Positions 1-6,979 of a stretch of DNA of 29,489 bases are shown piece by piece. Both the position numbers and the translations under genes were made by a program. The DNA is taken from the NCBI RefSeq assembly GCF_900142095.1, contig NZ_FQZP01000036.1, positions 1 to 29,489 on the forward strand, written 5' to 3'. This DNA comes from Thermoclostridium caenicola (GTDB lineage: Bacteria; Bacillota; Clostridia; DSM-8532). The notes under the pieces were generated by a model that did not search any database, was not told where the DNA came from, and worked only from the letters and a program-made list of their open reading frames with translations. The first letter of the stretch is position 1, and each line of letters opens with the position of its first letter.

Positions 1-228
1 GTCAACAGCTTTCGCGGCATAAACGCTTAGACTATTGTTTGATTAGCTACTGCTTTGATGACCGAGGTATTTTACACACAAATTTGGACTTGACTCACAT
101 TAAACAAAAGTCAATGATCATTTTTACCGACAAGCTGTTTATTTGCCTAACCTTTAAGATTTGCCCCTTGCTGCAAAATCCCTCAGCAGTTGGCGCATAC
201 CGATATGCTGCAAGACTGGGTGTTATTA

Positions 229-257
229 TTGAAAAGTGAGTTGCATGAAGGTATGAT
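229..257 (+). promoter_or_regulatory. Candidate sigma-A-type promoter: TTGAAA, 17-nt spacer, TATGAT. It would give a leader of about 160 nt for the HDOD gene.
   Basis: The hexamers and spacing were read directly from the sequence. There is no experimental support. Confidence 0.35.
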
Positions 258-419
258 ATAAAAAAATACTTTTGCAGCATTGGTGCACGATGATGAAAGT
301 AGAATTTCATTCCATAGAGAAAATGAGTGACGAACGGCTGCAGTTTGCGGCGGTTTGCGCCGCATACAAAGGCAAATGGCTGTTCGTAAGGCATGAGGAA
401 AGAAACAGGTGAGTTGAAA

Positions 420-1295
420 ATGCTGGACTATCCGAAAGATCATCCGATAATCCAACAGATTCAGCAATCGGAGTCTCTGCCCAGGATACCTAAGGATCTC
501 GGAGACGCTCTGAGCATGCTTCTGAATCCTTATGAGTACGACATGAATGAATGCATCGACAGGCTGTACGCTATTCCGGGCATGGAAACCGTACTGGTCC
601 GGGTGATCAACCATATCTCACAGTTCAACCGAAAAATCACGAACTTGAAGGATGCAATTCTGTATCTGGGCGCCTACAACGTCAGAATGATCTCCATTGC
701 GCATATGACCAGGCTGTTGCTCCCGGAAAGCTGCGGCAGGACGAAACTGTTTGACAGCAGGAAGTATTGGCAGCATTGCGTCGGCACTTCCATTGCAAGT
801 TATATGATTGCGGAAAAGACCGGCCAGTGCGACAAGGAAAAGATTTTTACATACGGGTTGATCCATGATATCGGCATAACGGTTTTGGACATCTGCCTGC
901 CGCAACACCTGGATGAAATCTATGCCAAGCAGGTAGAAAACGGGGTCCATCAGACGGTGGCGGAAAAGGTCGTGCTGAATGGCATTACCCATGCGGAGAT
1001 CGGGATGTGGCTTTGCGAGCAATGGGGACTGCCGGAAGAAATCTGCGTCATCGTAGGCTATCACCACAGTCCGTTCCCGTACGGCAGGATCAATAATGAG
1101 ATTAATGTCCTTTATCTGGCGGATTCCATCAGCACGAACTACTATGAAAACCTGCTGGGCACCAGTACGACTTTCATCTATTCCGATCATGTGCGGGAAA
1201 AGCTGAACCTATCTCATGAATTTGTCCAGAGCCTGGCAGAAAAGCTGCCGGACGAAGTGGATAGGATTATCCGCAACGAATACTTCGCGCTGTGA
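420..1295 (+). CDS. HDOD (HD-related output domain) protein
   Basis: ORF 393-1295. The start was moved to ATG 420 because AGGTGA lies 7 nt upstream. Contains an HD-like 'GLIHDIG' and a 'GYHHSPFPYG' segment typical of HDOD/HD-superfamily proteins. Confidence 0.6.
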   Translation: MLDYPKDHPIIQQIQQSESLPRIPKDLGDALSMLLNPYEYDMNECIDRLYAIPGMETVLVRVINHISQFNRKITNLKDAILYLGAYNVRMISIAHMTRLLLPESCGRTKLFDSRKYWQHCVGTSIASYMIAEKTGQCDKEKIFTYGLIHDIGITVLDICLPQHLDEIYAKQVENGVHQTVAEKVVLNGITHAEIGMWLCEQWGLPEEICVIVGYHHSPFPYGRINNEINVLYLADSISTNYYENLLGTSTTFIYSDHVREKLNLSHEFVQSLAEKLPDEVDRIIRNEYFAL

Positions 1296-1300
1296 CGGAT

Positions 1301-1336
1301 GCAAAAGGGGATCGGCATTTGCCGATCCCCTTTTGC
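1301..1336. terminator. Bidirectional intrinsic terminator between convergent genes. It is a perfect 16-bp stem (gcaaaaggggatcggc / gccgatccccttttgc) with an attt loop.
   Basis: The perfect inverted repeat has A/T runs inside both arms. It lies between the stop of the HDOD gene and the stop of nagB. Confidence 0.8.
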
Positions 1337-1345
1337 ATGTACGCT

Positions 1346-2170
1346 TTATGACTTTTTGGAGCTGAAAAGGCTGCTCAGCTTTTCCTTGTGCAAATAGTAG
1401 TCGATGTCTTTCAGCTTCGAAGCAGCTTCCCTGTCAAGTACCACCGTGATGCCGCCGCTGAATAGCTGGATGGCTGAGGCGGTGATCTGGGAGGTGACAG
1501 GGCCTTCAATGGCTTTTGCCACCACGTCGGCCTTCCGCCTGCCATTGGCGATCATCAGGATGTTCCTGGCTTCCAGGATGGTACCGATACCCATCGTGAT
1601 GGCGAAATGGGGCATCTGCTCCCTGGGAATGCCGGCTTTGCAATAAAAGAGCTCATAGTTGTCGTCAAGGGTTTGCTTGGTCAGGGCTTCCACGCGTGTC
1701 CGGGAAGCGAGGGATGAACCGGGTTCGTTGAAAGCCCAGTGCCCGTCACCGCCTATGCCCAGAAGCTGCAGGTCAATACCGCCGGCCTTTTTGATTTCTT
1801 CCTCATACTGCATGCAGAATTCTTCCGGGTTTTTGGTCAGCCCGTCGGGAATATGGATGTTTTCCTTCTTGATATTGATATGCTTAAAAAGTTCTTCGTG
1901 CATGAACCGGGCGTAGCTCTGGTCCTGCTCATAGGGCTTACTCAAATCCATACCCAATCCCAGGTATTCATCCAGGTTAAAAGTCTTCACCTGGGAAAAA
2001 TCCAGACCCTCTTCCTTGTGCATCCGGATCAGTTCCCGGTATGTACCTATCGGGGTACTGCCCGTGGCCAGCCCCAGCACACAGTCAGGCTTTGAGCGGA
2101 CCATTGCCGCAATCACTTCGGCCGCGTAACGGCTCATTTCTTCATAGGTATTTCTGATGATGACATTCAT
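1346..2170 (-). CDS. nagB: Glucosamine-6-phosphate deaminase
   Basis: The protein MNVIIRNTYEEM...GLATGSTP...LDEYLGLG...GIGGDGHWAFNEPGSS is diagnostic of the NagB/6-phosphogluconolactonase fold. An AAAGGAG RBS lies 8 nt upstream of the ATG. Confidence 0.9.
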   Translation of the reverse strand: MNVIIRNTYEEMSRYAAEVIAAMVRSKPDCVLGLATGSTPIGTYRELIRMHKEEGLDFSQVKTFNLDEYLGLGMDLSKPYEQDQSYARFMHEELFKHINIKKENIHIPDGLTKNPEEFCMQYEEEIKKAGGIDLQLLGIGGDGHWAFNEPGSSLASRTRVEALTKQTLDDNYELFYCKAGIPREQMPHFAITMGIGTILEARNILMIANGRRKADVVAKAIEGPVTSQITASAIQLFSGGITVVLDREAASKLKDIDYYLHKEKLSSLFSSKKS

Positions 2171-2309
2171 AATCCATGCTCCTTTGCATGCAGGAAATCC
2201 TGCGCAAGAAATCTTGCGTTTTAAAGACTAATACAATAATAAAAACGATTTTCCTGAAATGTCAATCAAAACTTTGGGTTTTTTGACGGATTACAGATTC
2301 AGGAGACAG

Positions 2310-2338
2310 TTGCTTTTCCTGCAAGGGCAAGGTAAAAT
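2310..2338 (+). promoter_or_regulatory. Candidate sigma-A-type promoter: TTGCTT, 17-nt spacer, TAAAAT. It lies in the nagB/ytrH divergent region.
   Basis: Hexamers and spacing read from the sequence. Confidence 0.3.
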
Positions 2339-2368
2339 CTTATTGGTCCCCACTGGGGTTTTGATTTT

Positions 2369-2399
2369 GCCCTCTTGTCATTCAGAGGGTCCTTTTTTT
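2369..2399 (+). terminator. Intrinsic terminator-like hairpin (gccctct / agagggt stem, 8-nt loop) followed by T7. A weaker hairpin (cccc-act-gggg plus TTTTGATTTT) precedes it at 2348-2368.
   Basis: GC-rich stem plus U-run on the + strand. It lies about 25 nt downstream of the predicted start of the promoter above and 100 nt upstream of ytrH. Confidence 0.45.
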
Positions 2400-2496
2400 A
2401 TTCCGGAGCGCATCCTTGCCGGACAACCCGTCCCGTATAATATGCATATGCCTCTCATATTGTATATCAGACAACCTTGCCGGGAGGTCCGGGGAA

Positions 2497-2835
2497 TTGT
2501 CCGCCTTTTTTACCAGCATCGTACGCAATTTCTTCGTCGCATTCGGCGTCGTGATCGGCGCAAGTGTTTTTGCGGGAATCAGCGCCATTCTGACCAACAA
2601 ACCTCCGCTTGAAGCCATGATGGATATTGCCGGGTCCATCAAGATTTGGGCCATGGCCATAGCCCTGGGCGATACCTTTTCATCCTTCAAGGTGATTGAA
2701 AAGGGAATTTTTCAGGGAGAATTCCTTTCCATTTTCAAACAGGGCATCCATGTGGTCATGGCCTTGCTGGGCGCTAATGCGGCCTATGGCTATATTCGTC
2801 TGATTCAAAGGTTTGGTGCCCTATGGCGGGAATAA
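2497..2835 (+). CDS. ytrH: Sporulation membrane protein YtrH-like
   Basis: ORF 2416-2835. The start was moved to in-frame TTG 2497, which has GGGAGG 9 nt upstream. The small polytopic membrane protein has 'KIWAMAIALGDTFSSF...KQGIHVVMALLGA', matching my recollection of Bacillus YtrH. It is followed by an overlapping ytrI-like gene. Confidence 0.6.
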   Translation: MSAFFTSIVRNFFVAFGVVIGASVFAGISAILTNKPPLEAMMDIAGSIKIWAMAIALGDTFSSFKVIEKGIFQGEFLSIFKQGIHVVMALLGANAAYGYIRLIQRFGALWRE

Positions 2836-3290
2836 GGACAAGAAGGCCGATTGTGCTGTTTGGCTTTTATGCAGGCGTTGTCACCGGCGTCCTTTTGGGC
2901 TTGACCATTATGACCACCCTTGTCAGTTACCGCCTGGAGAACTTCCACAGGATGAATGCCTACCTGGAAAGCGTTATCGCAGAAAAAAACGCTCAGCTGG
3001 AACAGCTTGAGAAATCGTTGAACAAGGGCAAATACATCCTCAAATCGGTGGACGTGGTTTTTATCTGCGAGGACGAAGAGGTTGACCTCCTGGTGTTTGA
3101 GACCGAGTTGAAAAAGAAGTATCATGCGCTTCTTGGCAAGGAGGTCAAAACCCTCGACGCCGAGATGATCGCCGAGGTGGCCGACAAGCGCATCTTTCGC
3201 CTGGACAACGGCCAATACCAGCTCTTTGTCCGAAAACTCATCCTGGCTGAAAACCTGAAACTATGGATTGAAGTCCGCCCGCTGGAATAA
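2823..3290 (+). CDS. ytrI: Sporulation membrane protein YtrI-like
   Basis: An N-terminal TM segment is followed by a charged coiled region. The gene overlaps the ytrH stop by 13 nt, as expected for an operon pair. In-frame GTG 2853 with AAGAAGG 6 nt upstream is an alternative start. Confidence 0.5.
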   Translation: MAGIRTRRPIVLFGFYAGVVTGVLLGLTIMTTLVSYRLENFHRMNAYLESVIAEKNAQLEQLEKSLNKGKYILKSVDVVFICEDEEVDLLVFETELKKKYHALLGKEVKTLDAEMIAEVADKRIFRLDNGQYQLFVRKLILAENLKLWIEVRPLE

Positions 3291-3293
3291 GCC

Positions 3294-4628
3294 TCATGCC
3301 TTGCCGTCGAAATAGCGGGTCAGTTGCTCTGCCAGGCTGCGGATAAAGTTCTCGCCTGCCTTTTGGGTGGTGGATTGGGTAAAGACGACCAGGATGAAGG
3401 GCCGCTTGCAATAGATGATGCCCGCGTCGTTATAGATGCCCAGCTGGGAATTGGTCCCGGTTTTATGCGCAACCGCATACTTCCGGTTAACCCTTGAAAC
3501 CCCCACCGGAATACGGGTGTTGTAGATGTTTCCCAAAAGACCTTCATGGATGGTTTTCATGTAGATGTCGGTTTCCCTGTTGACATAAACGTTATAGAGG
3601 ATCAGACCGGTATCGCGCGGCGTTATGCGGGCGCAGCGCTTTTCGGTGCCGTACCTTGCCAGGTTGTTTTTGCGGCTGTAGCCTATGGCGCCCGACATCT
3701 CGCCATATATCCTGCTGTTGTGTATGCCGAGGCGGTCCAGCACCTCGTTGGATTTTTGATTTCCGATGAGCCTCAGCGAAGCGTTGGAATAGTTGTTGTC
3801 GCTGTAGCTGATCATGGTTTTGATCATGTTCAGCAGCTTGAAGCGCCTGCCGGTCACCGCGTCGTAATAGGTTTCCTCCGCGCTCAGTTCCCCTCGCCGC
3901 ATCATATCGCAAAGGATATACCCCTGAAAGAGTTTGACGACAGAGGCGCTGTTAAAATATCCCTCCAGCATGTTGTCGTAGGGATCGATACGGGTAAGGT
4001 TCTCGTTGACCCCGCAGGTATAGTTGTTGACAAGGTCCATGACGAAAACCCCGTAGGTGGTCTTGATGCCTGAAACTTGCTCGGCCTTCTTGATGATGCC
4101 CAGAACCTCGTTTTTGAAAATGGTATATTCCACGGTGCTGAGATCGGCCTGGGGGAAACTGTCGGTGATGACGGAGGGTTCCTCGGCGGTGCATTCTTCC
4201 TGCGGCACGTCTGGCGGAGCAGTGCCTTCCGCGCCGTGCAGCGGTTCTGCGCTCTCAGCGCCTGGATTCTGCCCGGATCCTCCCTGTTCGGGCGCTGGCG
4301 GATTCACGTTATTGGCGGGTGTCGATAAAGGAGCCTCCGGCAATGGCTGCTGGGTTTCCACAGAAGGCAGGGGTTCATGGGAAGGCGGGGATTCCACCGG
4401 ATCAACTCCGGGCATTTCTTCCTGAATGGAAGGCTTCAACCAGTCATCCGCCTGTGTCGGAATGGCTCCGGCTTGAGCCTGATGGCTGGATTCATGGGGA
4501 CTGAAAGCTTCAAAAGCGGTATTGCCGGGCTTGCCCGAGCTTCCCGGAATAGGCGGGAAGATGAGCGTAACGATGAGTATTGCCGGAATGATTTTCAGTG
4601 GCATGAACGGCAAAAGCTCCCGTATCAT
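3294..4628 (-). CDS. Secreted or membrane-anchored class-A beta-lactamase-fold serine hydrolase with an N-terminal Pro-rich linker
   Basis: It has a hydrophobic N-terminus and about 130 aa of low-complexity P/E/A/Q linker. The motifs SxxK (SVVK), SDN (YSDN) and KTG (HKTGT) appear in the right order. The start is uncertain (ATG 4628, or ATG 4604 with GGGAG 12 nt upstream). Confidence 0.65.
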   Translation of the reverse strand: MIRELLPFMPLKIIPAILIVTLIFPPIPGSSGKPGNTAFEAFSPHESSHQAQAGAIPTQADDWLKPSIQEEMPGVDPVESPPSHEPLPSVETQQPLPEAPLSTPANNVNPPAPEQGGSGQNPGAESAEPLHGAEGTAPPDVPQEECTAEEPSVITDSFPQADLSTVEYTIFKNEVLGIIKKAEQVSGIKTTYGVFVMDLVNNYTCGVNENLTRIDPYDNMLEGYFNSASVVKLFQGYILCDMMRRGELSAEETYYDAVTGRRFKLLNMIKTMISYSDNNYSNASLRLIGNQKSNEVLDRLGIHNSRIYGEMSGAIGYSRKNNLARYGTEKRCARITPRDTGLILYNVYVNRETDIYMKTIHEGLLGNIYNTRIPVGVSRVNRKYAVAHKTGTNSQLGIYNDAGIIYCKRPFILVVFTQSTTQKAGENFIRSLAEQLTRYFDGKA

Positions 4629-4692
4629 TGCTGCACTAATTCAATATATGGGCATAGGTTCATAAATATCCTGACAGATTCCTGGCTTTGGT

Positions 4693-4721
4693 TTGTCCAG
4701 ACACTGAAATGATGGTATGAT
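4693..4721 (+). promoter_or_regulatory. Candidate promoter for the helicase gene: TTGTCC, 17-nt spacer, TATGAT
   Basis: Read from the sequence. Confidence 0.35.
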
Positions 4722-4782
4722 TAAAGCTGACAATCTGTTGCGCCAACCGTTTTTGGGGGGATGGATGCAGGGCGCGTGAAGG

Positions 4783-6912
4783 ATGGATTCGGTGGATTTC
4801 TTTTCGCAGCTCAAATCTGAATATGGTATCAGCCTCAATCAGCAGCAGCTTCAGGCAGCCGGTCATGTTGTCGGCCCGGCCCTGGTGCTGGCCGGTCCCG
4901 GTTCGGGAAAAACCACGGTTATTACGGTGAGAACCGCCATGTTGATTGCATCCGGGCATGTACGCTCGGAGCGTATCCTGACCATGACATTCAACAAGGC
5001 TGCGCAGTTGGAGATGAAGACCCGATATAGCCGGCTGTTCGGAAGGTCGGGAATTTCAGTCCGGTTCTCCACCTTTCACAGCTTCTGCTATGGTATACTT
5101 CGGGAGTACGAACAGCGCCAGGGGAAGCGGTTCAGGCTCATTGAGGGGTCCGATGATCCCCTGGAAAGCAAGGCCGCCGTTCTGAAGAACATCTGGCGCG
5201 AATTGCATCAGAGACAGGCCGGCGATGACGATCTGGAAATCCTGAGCAACGAGATCGGCCTGGTGAAAAACCGCATGGTGCCCGAAAAGGATTTCGGAAG
5301 CCTGGAGTTGCAGACACCGCGCTTTGCCGAACTTTACCGGGCCTACGAGGAATACAAGCGAGCCAGGGGCCTTATCGACTTTGATGATATGCTGGTCCAT
5401 GCATGGCATATCCTGAACCGGTATCCGGATATCCTGTTGCAGTATCGCAGCCGGTATGATTTCTATCAGGTGGACGAGGCCCAGGATTTGTCAAGGCTCC
5501 AGTTTGAGATCCTCAGGCTCATCATGCCGTCCGATAATCCCAATGTATTTGTTGTGGCGGATGACGACCAGAGCATCTATGGCTTCCGTGGCGCGGATCC
5601 CGGGCACATCCTGGGCATGAAGACGCAGTACCCCGGCCTCAGGTTGTATCGGCTGGAAAACAATTACCGTTCCTCACGGAACATCGTGGAGGTCAGCAGC
5701 CGCTTCATCCGGTCCAACAAAAAGCGCTTTGATAAGCAGCACTGCACCCTGAACCCGTATTTTACGAATCCTGTCATAGTCAATGTGAGAAATGCCGGGG
5801 AGCAGCTTAAATATGTGGCAGACCGCGTGCGGGAGCTTCGGAAGCGATATGAAAACATCAAAGTGGCGGTACTTTACCGGAACAACCTGTCATCGGTATG
5901 CCTGGTGGACTATTTCGAACGCCATGGCATCCCTTACAGGGTCCGACAAAACAAGGTGCATTTCATGCAGCATTGGATGGTACAGGATATCCTGGCGTTT
6001 TTCCGCTTTGCCCTGGATCCTTATGACAGGGAATCCTTCCAGAGGATTTGCTACCGGATGAACCGCTATATTTCAAAGACCATGGTCCAGCAGGCCTTAA
6101 TGAATGAACGCTTGGAAGTCCTGGATGCCATCAGCGCAAGCCCGGACCTGAATCCGTTCCAGCAGAAGAAGATGTTGGAACTGAAATGCGAATGGAGGCG
6201 GTTCGCCAGGATGCCGCCCGATAAGGCCCTGGCGTATGTCGAAAATGAATTCATGTACTTTTCCGGCATCAAGGGCCTCTGCGACAAGACCGGGCAATTC
6301 TTTGACCGGGTTTACGCCATGTTTGGCATCCTGAAAACCCTGGCGGAAGGAATTGGCACCATACCGCAGTTCCTGGAGCATCTGGCCAGGTTGGAGAAGC
6401 TTCTGGAATCGCCTTCCCCGACGCATAGCCAGGATGATGACTTCCATGTGACGCTGACCACGCTTCACTCGGGAAAAGGATTGGAATTTGACGCCGTTTT
6501 CATGGTGGATCTTATCCAGGACGAGATCCCCGGACAGCACGCCATAAAGGCGATGCATGCCGGCTATGAGGCGGAGATGGAAGAAGAGCGGCGACTGTTC
6601 TATGTGGGGATGACCCGTGCCAGGAAATACCTGTACCTGATAGCCCCGGAGCAGAACCATGGGCTGCCCGTTTCCCGTTCAACTTTTGTTAACGAGGTGG
6701 CCTGCATCCTCAATCAGGACTCCCGCGAGAGGATCCGTGAGGGTTCAGTCCTGTACCACAAGAAATACGGAAGGGGCATCGTGGCGGGCATCTCGGTGCA
6801 TGACGGCAAAACGGCCGTCATCAGAGTGGATTTCGGTGGAAAGACCAGGAGCCTGGATCTGGCCATCTGCCTGGAGCACGGCATCATCACCCTGGATGCG
6901 GCAAACGAATGA
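4783..6912 (+). CDS. UvrD/PcrA-family superfamily-1 DNA helicase with a C-terminal Tudor-like domain
   Basis: Motifs present: Walker A GPGSGKTT, DEAQD, motif III DDDQSIYGFRGA, motif IV NYRSS, motif V TLHSGKGLEFDAVF and motif VI YVGMTRARKYLYL. The C-terminal 'GSVLYHKKYGRGIVAGISV...VIRVDFGG' resembles the PcrA/UvrD RNA-polymerase-binding Tudor fold. Confidence 0.85.
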   Translation: MDSVDFFSQLKSEYGISLNQQQLQAAGHVVGPALVLAGPGSGKTTVITVRTAMLIASGHVRSERILTMTFNKAAQLEMKTRYSRLFGRSGISVRFSTFHSFCYGILREYEQRQGKRFRLIEGSDDPLESKAAVLKNIWRELHQRQAGDDDLEILSNEIGLVKNRMVPEKDFGSLELQTPRFAELYRAYEEYKRARGLIDFDDMLVHAWHILNRYPDILLQYRSRYDFYQVDEAQDLSRLQFEILRLIMPSDNPNVFVVADDDQSIYGFRGADPGHILGMKTQYPGLRLYRLENNYRSSRNIVEVSSRFIRSNKKRFDKQHCTLNPYFTNPVIVNVRNAGEQLKYVADRVRELRKRYENIKVAVLYRNNLSSVCLVDYFERHGIPYRVRQNKVHFMQHWMVQDILAFFRFALDPYDRESFQRICYRMNRYISKTMVQQALMNERLEVLDAISASPDLNPFQQKKMLELKCEWRRFARMPPDKALAYVENEFMYFSGIKGLCDKTGQFFDRVYAMFGILKTLAEGIGTIPQFLEHLARLEKLLESPSPTHSQDDDFHVTLTTLHSGKGLEFDAVFMVDLIQDEIPGQHAIKAMHAGYEAEMEEERRLFYVGMTRARKYLYLIAPEQNHGLPVSRSTFVNEVACILNQDSRERIREGSVLYHKKYGRGIVAGISVHDGKTAVIRVDFGGKTRSLDLAICLEHGIITLDAANE

Positions 6913-6979
6913 AACACCACGTTTATGGCCGGGTATGCCGAACCGGACCATATCAGGACTTATAGGGAAGGTGACAGTT

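Noticed and set aside
39-394. Small ORFs (66, 99 and 143 aa) in the first 600 nt
   Set aside because: They have no RBS and overlap the predicted promoter and leader of the HDOD gene. The nearby true upstream gene is probably outside the window.
260-419. Possibility of a c-di-GMP (GEMM) riboswitch in the HDOD leader, considered because HDOD proteins often sit in c-di-GMP circuits
   Set aside because: Only a GGCAAA fragment is present. There is no tetraloop-receptor or P1/P2 arrangement that I can align to the GEMM consensus.
6659-6979. In-frame 5' extension of the CotH-family ORF (107 aa) that overlaps the end of the helicase gene
   Set aside because: It overlaps the helicase gene in another frame and has an Arg/Ser/Trp-rich composition. 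A strong RBS and a signal peptide both begin at ATG 6980.
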